From the NCBI RefSeq assembly GCF_009914755.1, contig NC_060931.1: a DNA stretch of 64,000 nt; one strand, given 5' to 3'. This document shows, piece after piece, positions 27,016 through 40,130 of this stretch (the first letter of the stretch is position 1; each line of letters starts with the position of its first letter). The notes below the pieces were generated by a model. It worked only from the letters and a program-made list of their open reading frames with translations, had not been told where the DNA came from and made no database searches. The position numbers were made by a program, and so were the translations under genes. This DNA is from the human T2T-CHM13v2.0 reference genome, Homo sapiens.

Positions 27016-27700
27016 CTCTAGCAAATACCCTTTCAATTTCTGCCTCCACTTCCTTACCTTCCATCCATTCTTTTCTATCCATGCCAAAGTGGCTTTCATT
27101 CAACTGTTGGATAGAACTGCTCTTGCTAAAATCAGAGGCCTCTAAGTGGTCAAATCCAATGATTTTTAGTAGACATCTTATAGGACCCGATCAGCACAGA
27201 CTTGTTCCAGTAAATTGCCCCTTTCTTGAAAAGAGTTTCTTGGCTTCCATAATACTACACTCTCCTGTTTTTCCTCCCGGCTCTCTGGCTCATTGTCTTC
27301 TAACTGATCCCTCAATGTTGGAGTTCCTTGGAGTGATGGTCCTGGAGGTCTCTTTGCTCTTCTCTCTCCCCTCTCTCCACAGACACCTCAGCCATTCTCA
27401 TGGCTTTAAATACCATCTGTGTGTTGGTCGCTATCTAATTTGTATCTCTAGCCCAGCCCTCTTATAGGTGACTGACTATTGCTATTTACGTGGAAGGCAT
27501 TACAGGTACCACATGTTTAAAACTGAACTAATTCCCTCCTCTACCTCCAATTTATTTTTTTTCTTCCCCATCTCAGTAAATAGACCCTTCAAGATCAGGG
27601 AGTTGTCCTTGATACCTCCCCCTTTCCCCCTTTCATTCCCAATATCCATTCTGTCACGTAGTCTAGTCTAAATTCTAATAGATCTAGAATTGACCACTTC

Positions 27701-27704
27701 CTTT

Positions 27705-27736
<32 letters not shown>

Positions 27737-28024
27737 TTTTTTTTGAGATGGAGTCTTGCTGTAGCCCAGGCTGGAATGCAGTGGTGCAATCTCACCTCAC
27801 TGCAACCTCTGCCTCCTGAGTTCAAGCTGATTCTCCTGCCTCAGCCTCTCCAGTAGCTGGGATTACAGGTGTCCACCACCAAGCCCAGCTATTTTTGTAT
27901 TTTCAGTAGAGATGGGGTTTCACCATGTTGGCCAGGTTGGTCTCAAACTCTTGACCTCAAGTGATCTACCCATCTCGGCCTCCCAAAATGCTGGAATTAC
28001 AGGCATGAGCCACCGCGCCTGGCC
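27701..28024 (-). mobile_element. AluS (Sx-like), full length
   Basis: Antisense Alu; degenerate TSD tagaattgaccactt / tggaatggaccactt. Confidence 0.95.
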
Positions 28025-28869
28025 TGGAATGGACCACTTTGTATTTCCATTGCCATTATCCTAGTCTGAACCACCATAACCACTTGCCTGGACTATTTCA
28101 ACAGCCTCCCATGTAGTCCCTCTGTTTCCATTTTTGGTCTCTTACCCTCATCTCTACCACAATTCATTATCAAAACAACAACAACCAGAGTGCCCCTTTT
28201 AAACCACAAATCTGGTCTCACAACTTCTAGGTTACAACCCTAACTCTTCAAGATTTCCTACCTCTCTTGGGATACATCCAAAATAGTGATTATGACCTAC
28301 TAGGTCCTACAAGATGTAACCCCTGCCTCCATCTCTCTCTACGACACTTTCTCACAATAGATTTCCCTTCAGAACCCCAAAGGAGCTCAGCTCCTTCCTC
28401 AGCGTCTTAACATGCATTGGCCCTGCTGCCCTTCCCCTAATGCCTACTATTTTAGCCTTTATATCAGCTTTAAGAGGTTGTCTCCAATGCCTCACAGTCG
28501 ATTCCCATGGGACATGCTCTCATAGCATTTGACAGCACTTTTCACAATTGCCATTGTCAAGTTATTTGGATGATCAGTTATTTCTCCCATTAGACCAGAA
28601 GCTCCAAAAGGGCAGTATTCCCAGTGCTTGTCACATCTGCCAAACACCATCAGCTGCTCAAACCTTTCCCCCTGAGAAGCCACTGGGGTAGCTTCTCCAC
28701 TTCTCATCAGCACCGTATTAGCCAGTGTATATGTGGGGGAACAAGGCAGACCTGTGAAGAAGAGTGGCCAAACTACACATGTTCTTAACATCCCAACTGG
28801 AATCGAGAACCAATTTCCCAATAAATACTTAAGTTCTAGAATACAGTCAATACTTATGTTTTAGCCATT

Positions 28870-29110
28870 TACTGTGATGGTTAAAAACACAGGATCTAGC
28901 ATCTAAAATATGCATATCCAAAACGGGGGTCTACTTCTTACTTGCAGTGGAAGCTTGGGCAAGTTTCTTGATCTCTCTAAGATGCAAATTTTTCCTCATT
29001 TCCTACTGTTTAACATTGTTGTGAAGATTAGTAAGATAACGTTTAAGCTCTCCACACAGTGTCTGGCACTGAGTAAGCCTGTAATAAATGGTAGCTGTTG
29101 TTATTATTAA
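28870..29110 (+). mobile_element. MIR SINE
   Basis: gtgatggttaaaaacacagg...cttgggcaagtttcttgatctctct...gttgtgaagatt...taataaatggtagctgttgttatt. Confidence 0.8.
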
Positions 29111-32100
29111 TACACATTTATTGTTAATATATTTCTGCAGGTTATTCTGGGAACCTACCCATTTGTTATCATCTTCTTTCCAAAGAAAAATGAGCTGCTA
29201 TTTTCAAACAGCCAACTTAAAAACCAAGTTTTAGAATACGATACATCTGAGAGTTGGTAACTGCTCATGAAGCTTGAAGGTACCCACAAAGTGTTCAGGT
29301 GGTGGAGAAAGAGGAGGGCTGCTGCATGTGTTTTTGATGAAGGGATTAAAAAGCTGTACTCATGTTAAAAATCACGCCTCCAGCATGGGGTACATAATGA
29401 ACATAAACCTACATATCTTTTCTTTCCCCAAGTACGTGCTCACGGGGAGCAACAGTCCACCCTATGAATAAATGGAATTGTATTTGAAGTAATTACACTT
29501 GGCATAGATTTACCCACTGCTGGTGGCAGGGCTGCTACTTGTGACTAAGCAGTGAGGGGAACTCAACAGAATTGATGGCAAACGGCTTTAATTTGCCTTA
29601 ATAGTAGCAAAATCTCGCCTAAGACAAGTTGGACGTTTCAAGAATAATAAACCCACACAGTTAAAGTTCTATTACTGTTAAACCAGTATTCAAACAGGCC
29701 AGAAACTGGTTTTCAGCCTCTTTTTGTGAGTTTTCTGTATCTTTAAGGTCATACATGTTATTTTGTGAAGCCACGCTAGCAGTCTTCTGGAGGAGGCCTA
29801 GACATGCCGGTGTTACTAAAATGTTGGGTAACATTTCAGTTTATTCATGTTGTGAGGTCTGTCCCTTCCCCTACCCCATACTCCCAAAAGCTTTAACCAC
29901 CAAAGGACATTTAGAAATAATAGGGAGAAATGTGAAAGTGCTAATGATGATTTCATTTTCAAATGGTCTTAAATTGACAGGTAATGACAGCACTGCCTGT
30001 AATGGCCTTGTAGCCAACTCATAAGCAGGAATGGGGAAGAAGATGGACTAGGAGGATTCTCCTTTCTATAAATGCACCATGGCTGAATGCAAAGAAAACC
30101 CAGATAAAATTAAAGGTCTTCCCTGTGCCTGAGTGACTGGCCTTTGTGAAGGATGAGTGAGAAACTGAAGCCTTACACATCATAAAATCACAGTATGTGT
30201 GGATTGATTACCATTCAGAAGTTAATTACACATTACTAAATTATTATGTGAAAAGCCTGTAAAATCTGGAGTTTTGTCAAATCAGATCATATGTCATATC
30301 ATATATCATATCATGGTACTAGAGGTATGTAATGGCTGTGGCTATACAGCAGACCATGAAACTGAAATTTTAGACTTGTTGGCCTAATTTAATCAATGTC
30401 AACTGTCAAATAGGAGGATTATGGCCAGCAACTCCAATATGAGCTAGGACTGAAGACCCTGAAAGAGAAAGACTTAAGTACTGCTCAGGATGATAACTTT
30501 CGTTTAAGGTCTGAATAACTGGTTTTGTTATCTAAATTGAATAGCATAATGAGATAATTTTTATCACAACCACATACTGTATAATGAAATAAAGCAATGA
30601 GAGCATTTTATCAAGGCATTTCAACGTGATGGCAAATCAATTATAATATTAATTTTTATCAGACACCATCAAATCCAGCCACTTTTAGATCTCCAATATT
30701 GGTTATAAGTGCCAACATTTAGACTGAAAGAACTGTTTAACAGATGGAGCATTTCCTTCTTCCAGTATTTAGGAGTGAGGCCATCTGACTGAAGTCTTAT
30801 TTCCCTGCTTATAAACTAAGGCCTTTGCCCAGGAGACTATTTCAAAAATGTACCAAAGGTTAATATGTTTGCATATATTACAAATGCTAAGCAAAATGGA
30901 ATGTTAATATATTCTCTTATTAATTACAAAGGAAATGGCAGGAATGACTGCACATAAAGGACATTTTACCAGTTGTTCTTACTCTGATTACCTTTTAGGT
31001 CCCTGCAAATGCCAGTCACAGTTTCACTGGTGCTCAGGTTGCCTGAAATGAGGGAGAAGTAACGAGTTCTCCTACTAGGAGCCATACTGGGACAAGAGGT
31101 AACAAAATAAAGAGTCCTGTTTTGTGATATTTCATTTCACCAAACCTGCTGGTAGGAAAAAAAGTGAAAAGAGAACAGAGAAAAGATATGAAAATTGCAT
31201 TATACAGTCCTTTAGGCTTTCGTCCTTCTTTTTTCCTTCTCTCTCTTCCTCCTTTCTCTCCCCTTCCCCAACCAGATCCTTCCTATTTCTGGTTTACGCA
31301 CCGTCAGTCAAGGGTTGAACAAATTTTTATATATGCTTCTAAAGCAGGAGTAGCAAATACAAAGGAAAAATGCCTACTCATTCAATGCTTAAGCCAGTGA
31401 CAGACATCACTAATCAATCTTGACATTCTTTCAGGCTGAGTCTGTCATAGCCTCCGAATCCTTTTCAATGAAATACTGCAGGGAGCCACCACGATCAATT
31501 GGAGTTGGTGCCTGAAACAAAATTTATTTGCCTTTCCTTGCACTAGACTTTTCCCTAGTGTTCTATCTTTAGCATTGGGTTGGACTTTCTTGGTTCGGCA
31601 CTTTCTTATGGTCATGTAGTTCAGACTGGGCATTTTGTCAAGTTGAAATTCATGAGAAGCCTGGCTCTCTTCCAATAAGCACCTTGCCATACAAAATCCA
31701 CAGTTTCTGAAAATAATAGAGATCAGATAATGCCCCTTTCTGGCTCAATCCACATCCTCTAAAAGGGAAGCAAAGCCAGGAAAAAAAATCATCTGGGCTT
31801 AGCAGTCTCTTTCTTCACTTTCTGGAGTAAAAGAGTTGGCCTCTATTAATGTTTGAGCCTTGATCTTAGCTATGTCTGTTTTTAAAGCTGATTTGAGGTT
31901 CAGATTTAGCATTTACCCTTTCAAAAAGTATCTGTTTAAAAGAAAGTTTTATGACAGTCACTAGATTGCCTTTATGAGCATTTTAGGAGTACCTTCCCCA
32001 TATATTAACCCACTGGCTCATTTGGCTTCATAGTTAATTGCACGATCTCTCCAGAAAGTCCTTAATGACACCATCTCACATCCAACCTTCATAATTTAGC

Positions 32101-33243
32101 TCCCCCCAAATCCGAGAGCAGGGCTTCCCAGGCACCATCTTACTGCCATTGTGGGCCAAATGTGATTCTCCCCAGCTGCTGCTGTGCCTCCTCCTTTATG
32201 GCAGCGGCTTGCCTGATCACTCCAAGCCATTCCAGGAACCAGAAGACTTCCAGGCAAGAAGAGGCTATTAGATGCAACCTGCTTGGGCCAGGGCCATATT
32301 CTGCTACCAGTGATAACTAATGCATGCTTCTGCTGGTATTTTTTCATTCTATTGCTTGAGAGGATTGCCTCCCACATTTGCACAAAGGATTTCCCTAGAT
32401 AAAGAAGATCCGAGAACGGCCAAATCTTGCCAGAATTCAATAAATGGCATACAAAAGCCTGAAAAAAAACCCTGGAATATCAAAATGGAAGTAGGTTCAA
32501 CTATGACAAATGTGGCTGCCTGAAAAACAGACAAGAGACACAAAGGGCATCCCTGTCTTCTCTGTCTTTACCTGGGAACTAAAAGAAAGATGGCGATTTC
32601 TCTGTACACGTGCTGGTCTGTAACCTCCACAGCTGCCAGCTCTAAAGAAAAGGGCAGCACTCATCTGCTTTATGAAGAGTTGAAAAGATTCATGTAATTT
32701 TCCTGGGGTCCCAAGCTTTCTTTCTTTTTTTTTTTTTGGCATTACCCATAATGTATTTGTCCATGGGATAAACTGAGATGCCTTCCCCCAACAATTACAT
32801 TTGCTTAAAGGAAAACACAGCTGCCTTCCTTGAATATTAAGATGCAACTGGGACTAGTGAGACCAAAGATTTCAAAGGGAAGGAAAGTTTTTATAGCATA
32901 AAAGATACTCTATTATATCAAAGTGCATTGAGATTAAAAAAAAAATGAGGCAAAGTGATGACTATTCTCCTTAGGGACAAAAGGTCCAATTGAGAAAGAA
33001 GCTCTAGGTGCCACTTTCCAGAAGAGCCACCTGCCACTACTTGGAGCTATTGCAGATATTCAGGAGTCAGAATTTCAGACTCCTGCCACCTCTGGGGTTC
33101 ATGGGGGAGACTGTGCACACATGTCTCCCCTGAGGCAAAGCCAACAGGTAATTACTCGATCACTGACACCTTGGGATAACTGAACATGAAATCAATTTCT
33201 TAATGGTTCTCTCTTAAAGAACCAGCATCACACTGCTAGCTAC

Positions 33244-33455
33244 TGCACCTGTAGTCCCAGCTACTCAGGAGGCTGAGACAGGAGGATCACTTGACCCAGG
33301 AGGATCACTTGACCCAGGAGGTCCACTTGACCCAGGAGGTCAAGGCTGCAGTGAGCTATGATCATGCCACTGTATTCCAGCCTGAGTGACAGAGTGAGAC
33401 CCTGTCTCAAAAAAAAAATAAAAATAAAAATAAAAGAAAGAAAGAAAGAAAAAAG
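33244..33455 (+). mobile_element. Alu right monomer (FRAM/AluJ-like) with internal 18-bp tandem expansion
   Basis: cacctgtagtcccagctactcaggaggctgag...ccctgtctcaaaaa, with caggagg(a/t)(t/c)cacttgacc repeated about 3.5 times. Confidence 0.9.
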
Positions 33456-36400
33456 GAAAGCTTTGGAGAAATATGTGCTAACCCAAGCAAAAGCAAGTGA
33501 GTCACCCATTCCTTTGGGAGTGTATTATATTGCTATGAGGGCCCACCCCAGCCAAACTATGGAAAGTAGCAAGAGATGATGCTGAACCTAATTACCATTA
33601 GTTATTATTTGCTATGGTTACAATTGCACCGAATAACGCTGCTGCCAGCAGTGCTGTTTTATGTGATATCTTCTTCATGTGGCAACCTTTTCATAAATCA
33701 AAGCAAAAGCCAATACCAGACAGTTTCTTGTACAGCCTGCCTGACAATAAAAGTTAACACTGAACCTTAGCTGTTATCAATCTTCATAAATGTGTCCACG
33801 ACGTGGCAAGACTGCTCCACATTACGGTGGGGCTGCCACTAATGCAAGCAAGGTAGTGACCCACTAGGTTAATGGGACTTGACAATCAGTCCAGTTTTAA
33901 TTGAGCCAGAAAAAGGAATGGTTCTCTTATCCTTAAAGTACACAGGAATTTTCTCCTCTATGTCTTAGTTTCATCAGTGCTTTGCTCAGAAAATGCCTAT
34001 AATTAATATAGACTGGTATAACAGACAATAGAAACCTCATGGGGGAAAGTGGGTGGGTAGGCTTTTATAAGAAGAAAACTTGTTATGAAGTATTTAATTG
34101 GTGTTCTTGATAGACAGTTACCTGACTTGAAGATGCTGTGTTTTCAAGTTGAAATTTCAAACTAGAAAATATATAAATCTGTCTACATGAACAGAAGCAA
34201 AAAAAACAGTCCTTAAAAATAGCAAAAGTCAACAAATTTTTAATATCAATAACTTTCCCTTGACAAAAATTCACACTATATAGAAATCTGAACTGAAGGA
34301 ATTCCCAATTAATGACAAGTCTTAATGTAATAAATACTCCATCATGTTTTGAATTTTGCTATAGTCTTAATTATCCTATTGATACCGTCAAGAGAAAAGC
34401 CCAGCTTCTATCTGGCATGTACTAGAGATGAACTCTGGCAATTAGCTAATGTCCAACAAAAATCAGCCCTGTATTAACAGCCTGTAATGAAGACCATTAA
34501 CAGCCAGATAAATCAAACCATTAGGCCAGACACAGAGATGTCAACATAGCCACAGGCACCTAATTTGCTGAATGCATTTATTTAAATATGTATTATCCAA
34601 GCACAGTATATATGCCAGGTGCTTGGGCAGATCGATAAAGAGGATAAAATACAATTCCTGCCCTCAAGAAGGTTTCAGTTCAACTAAGAATGAGATTCAC
34701 ATGCTGTTAACTAGACTATAACCTTGGCAATGGGCCCTTCAAACTCCCAAGTCTATAATTCTTAGTTTTTAGACAACAGTTTCCTCTAGTGTAAATTCAG
34801 AGCTATATTAGATCCCTTTCAGAGTAAAAACACTCTTATTTGCACCTGTGAGTGAGTTAGCCCAGGCTTTTAAATCCAGAATGTAGTTTAAATGCACACA
34901 CACGAGAAAACGCACTTTTTTTTTTCTTTTTGCTTTTTTTGTTGCCCCTAACCTCTAGTCTTCCATTCTGAACTGCAGGAGTCTAAGTTAAGAAGCATGG
35001 ACATTTTATAAGAGTTCAATTTAGTAGATGGAAATATTGATACTAATTGAGCACCTGTTAGAGAGAGGCATGCTCCCATCAAGCTGGCTCAGATACAGCT
35101 TGTACCTTAAACGGTTCACACTTGAGAAGGGAGATGGGGCACAGGCAACACTGATGCCACTTACATTGTCATAAGGGCTGGAGTGACATAAACACACAGG
35201 GAACAATTAATTAATTATGGCTTTTTAGTAGGAAGGGAGGTGTCTAGAAAGACTTTACAGAGAAAGCAGAGGAATTAACACATGAGACAGGTCCTAACAA
35301 AAGGCTGAGTTTATCGGGAGGAAGGTGGTGAAGGTGAGGTGTGCTGTGGCTGTGCTGCGGGGGCAGCGTGAGCCGGGCCAAAGCGTGAGTGCGGAAGGCC
35401 TTCCCTCCCTTTAGTGAATGAACACTGAAGTGCATGAGAAAAGATGGCAAAAGATCAGCCCAGGAGGTATCCAAGGTTATTTTCATAATGTGGTTTAATA
35501 TTTAAAGTTTTGGCTGTTTGTCCCAACTTCTATATTATGATTTATTAGATAATGTCGATTATTTAACTTTGAAGCAGAAACTTATTTCGCTTTTAATCAT
35601 TTGGATCAGATTGATGGATGAGCATCTTGTGGTTGCAAGGCAAGCTGTTAAAAAAAAAAGTTATTATTTGCCACTACTTATCACCACAAATCAGGATCAT
35701 CGTAACACTCAACCAAACACATAACTTTGGCTGTTGGGACTGATATAGGACTGCAGCCATCATCCTTGGCCCCTAATTTTTAAATGTTGTATTCATAAAA
35801 ATAAGCTTCATTGTTCTCTTCATAATGAGCAAAGGTTGTAAGTAAGCTTATAAACTAGAGTAATAGTATTAAGATAGCATATTATCAGTTGTGGGTATTA
35901 GGATTCCGCTAACTGCTAACAAAAAATGTTTGAAAACAACAGGAGGGACTGGAAGGGAGGGAGGCTTCTCTTTGCTATGGCTTCCGCATCCCTTTCTCAC
36001 TCTCTATAGGAATTTATCTCCTTTCATAGAAACAAGGCTGCACCTGTGATTGAGTTAGCCCAGGCTTTTAAATCCAGAATGTAGTTTAAACACACATGTA
36101 TGCACAAACATGGGAAAATGTGCTAGTGTTTTTTTTTTTTTTTTTTTTTTTTTATTGCCCCTAACATCTAGTCTTCTTTTCTGAACTGCAGGGGTTAAAC
36201 GGGCTTTTGGGGACTAATCTAGACACTTAGCCACACTGTCCTTTTTACTTCTGGAAAAAAAAATATATATATGGCCCAAATGCTGAGCAAGTGACTACAG
36301 AACACGTTAGGAAGAATCTTGTTTGTTCAGTATACACTACCAACCTATCGTTGTCTAGAATCTCAAGTGAAGAAAAATATTCTAAAACTATGACAAGGTT

Positions 36401-37264
36401 TTAGGTGAGAACTATATCATGAACTAACAATGGCTGCATTTTGTCTGAGCATACCATTGCGTATGTATGTCTAACCACATTATGTAGTTCTCATGTAGCA
36501 TATTAAAACAGAATTATTATTTTGAGTAGTGCTGCTAACTGTTGGTTAATAATTTGACAGAAAGCATTTACCTTTAAACACATGCTTTTAAGAGGCCTGG
36601 TATACTCAATTGTAATTTTATTGCGTTCAAGAATTATCCTCTAGGGAAATATATATTAGATCATATGATGAGCATCAATTAAAAAAACACAAAATTCACC
36701 CAACAGAAAATTCAACTATTGTGACTACAGTAATTATTAATAGCTCACTATTCACTGCTTAGGATATGCTAAAAACATAAATGGACCTCATTTAATTCCA
36801 ATATAACAGCTCTGTTATTACCATTTCACAGATATAAAATCTAAGACTGTGGGGTTTGGGTGGGGTGGAAAATGAGAAGTAACTTGCTAGAATAGGTCTA
36901 CTGAATGATGTGAAGAATATCTATAAACATTATATTCAGTAAACATTTTAACATGTGGATACTTATTATTTCATTGTACCTATATTGACATTATGGCGTG
37001 GAAAAATGAAGAGAAGTCCTAATAAACTTAAAAAGAAATCAGGAAGACCAGGAACCACAGACGAGAGAAAATAAGCATATTTTCTGGTAGATGCTACAGC
37101 AAAACTTGTAGTATATTAAACATTTGCTCTTTCTTACGTCTACTTCCTAGATACTGTAGCATATAAAGGTAGAATTTTATGACATGAAGTACAAATAGAT
37201 GTATCATTAATAAGAATGGATCAGCCCTTCTGAAGAACGTGGCCAAAAGCTTAGCACTCAAATC

Positions 37265-37536
<272 letters not shown>

Positions 37537-38335
37537 TTTTAAAGATCCCAGCCTAATGCACTTTCTGGAGCAACAATCCTATTTTCTTTGCATCATCAAG
37601 TTCTGAGGATGTATTTTTCATTTGTCTTGTCGTCTGTTAGAAAAGGTGAAGATGTGTATACATTTTGGTTTTCAATTCTCCTATTATATCAGCTTCTCAG
37701 CGCTTCACTTTCCAAATGTTCAAAAGAGGTATGGATTGACATTTCTGCCAAAGGACAATTTTTTGCTCTGTAGTTTTTCTCAGAGTTAATGGAAAAAGTT
37801 CTGCCACTAATGTTTTCAATTCACCTCTAGGGAATTACAAACTAGCAGCAAAAGCTGCAAAGGTTGTGCCAAAATGCAGTATTTTTAAATTATACAAGTC
37901 AAAAAAGCCTATAATTTTCACAAAACATGATTTCCTTTTTTTTAATTTAAAAAAAAAAGTCTTGGGAGGCCAATTTTTGATTCATATTGTGATACAACTT
38001 CTAAGGTTAAATAACCTGGGCCCTGACTCTTAACTACTAGATCCCTAAAAGAAACTGACCTGTATAGAGTTGAGTACCTACTATATGCCCAGAATTTTAC
38101 CCACATTTCATTAACCCTTATTAACAACCCATGAGGTATTATATGTACATGTCCTATATCAGCAAAAAGAAGATCAAGAGTTAAGTAGCTTAATGCTACA
38201 CAGTTGGAAGGAACAGTCACAATTCAAACCCCATCCATGTTACGGAAATAAAAGTACCAGTTCCTTAGGGTTTAGGTATGAGTTTGTTTCGCTGCAGCCT
38301 TCTTCTGCACTATCCGCCCCCACCGCGCCCCCCAC

Positions 38336-38381
38336 CAAAAACAAAACAAAACAAAACAAAACAAAACAAAAAACCAAAACC
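38336..38381. repeat. (AAAAC)n microsatellite
   Basis: caaaaacaaaacaaaacaaaac run. Confidence 0.9.
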
Positions 38382-38758
38382 AATCACTTGAAAGAAACTT
38401 TCAGTAGAGGACTACAGACCAATCCTATGAGGCATGATGCAGCTATTTAGAAGAATGAGTTGGATTTAAAAGAAGGCGTTGAATTTATGTGTTGACCCAG
38501 GGGGATGTATCCATAATAAATATAAGTTAAAATACGTATGGTATAGTCTTACACTCTGTGAAAACAAAACAAAATCTATGTTTATTAACATATCTACTCA
38601 TAGAGATAAATGTGAAAGGCTAAATATCAAACTGCAACTTCACATGCTTTACTTTTAAAAGGTTGATCTGGAAAAGAAAAGAGGAGTAAAATTACATTTC
38701 CCTTGTTACAAGAAAAAAAATACTTCCTTGATAAATTAAAAGAGAAAAAAATCTAATA

Positions 38759-39029
38759 CATTAGTTCCCCTTTATCCATGGGGGATACATTCTAAGATAT
38801 CTAGTGGATGCCTGAAACCATGAATAGTACTTAACTTTAGATAAACTATGTTTTTTCCTACACATACCTCTATGATAAAGTTTAATTTATAACTTAGGCA
38901 CAGTAACAGACTAACAACAAGAATAATAAAATATAACAATATACTAGAATAAAAGTTATGTGAATGTAGTCTTTCAGTATCTTATTGTACTCTGCAAAAA
39001 GCAAAATTGCAGATAAGGGGGGCCACCTG
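38759..39029. mobile_element. Tigger2-derived non-autonomous element (MER8-like)
   Basis: TIR-like ends cattagttcccctttatccatgg / gcagataaggggggccacctg, with TA on both sides and internal tatgataaagtttaatttataa. Confidence 0.75.
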
Positions 39030-39800
39030 TATTATTTATCAATTTCATATCCTTTTCGCTACAGTAAGTCTCCAGGAAGGATATCAAAAGAGAAAAGTTG
39101 TTCATAAAATTCAATGGGAAGGAGAGAGAATACTTTAAAAGGCTCATTTAATAATCAAGTGGACTAGCAATAGAAAATTTGCCTAGTAAGTGAGCTAATT
39201 TTATCTATTTTGGGCACATTCAATCAGAATTATAGACATAAATTAAAAATTAGACATCCAGATAAAACACATCTGAATAAACCACATACGTTTGTCTCTC
39301 ACACATTCATTGCAATGACACAAAGAACCTGGTACCTTGTGAATTCTTAGGACACCATTCAAAGATATCATAGCTAGGAGTAATGAAAACTAATCATATA
39401 CCATTTCAATTGGTATGAAAAGATGAGGCTCTTTTTCTGCCTAATGCCCTAGGACTTCCCCAGGCAACATCCTATGAACCCAATCTTTCCTCAACTCTCT
39501 CCTCCCCACCTTTTTAATCAGAACTAATCTTTACTATGTTCCGTCCTTTCAAGTCCCTGAACTTTGCTCTCAATCAATATGGCAAGCTAATATGTGGTTA
39601 TTTTTGAGTGGACATTAGTATATTAAGAGTGATAGTCATTAATTTGGTGCAGTAAACTCTAATTATCATATAATAAACGTATACAACATCTATGCACCCA
39701 ATATTATATTGTATTATTTGATAGAAGACTTCCAGAAACAATGACCAACTCAAAAGGCATAATCCTAGTGGTGACAATTATGGGGACCAGGGATAGGTGA

Positions 39801-40130
<330 letters not shown>

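Larger units (their letters stand above)
26500..28650 (+). mobile_element. L2 fragment including fossil reverse-transcriptase region, interrupted by MER3 and AluS
   Basis: The segment near 27395-27460 translates HSHGFKYHLCVGRYLICISSP, a decayed form of the L2 RT HGFKYHLYADD..IYISSP motif; L2 3' motifs near 28590-28640. Confidence 0.75.

Noticed and set aside
26982-27467. 161-aa ORF as a reverse transcriptase
   Set aside because: Decayed L2 fossil; the catalytic YADD is mutated to CVGR and the N-terminus comes from MER3.
31859-31871. cttgatcttagc resembling U2
   Set aside because: 12-nt match only; flanks do not align.
35120-35133. cttgagaagggag matching the CHCHD3 last exon on the opposite strand
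   Set aside because: Only 13 nt with no extension; compatible with chance.
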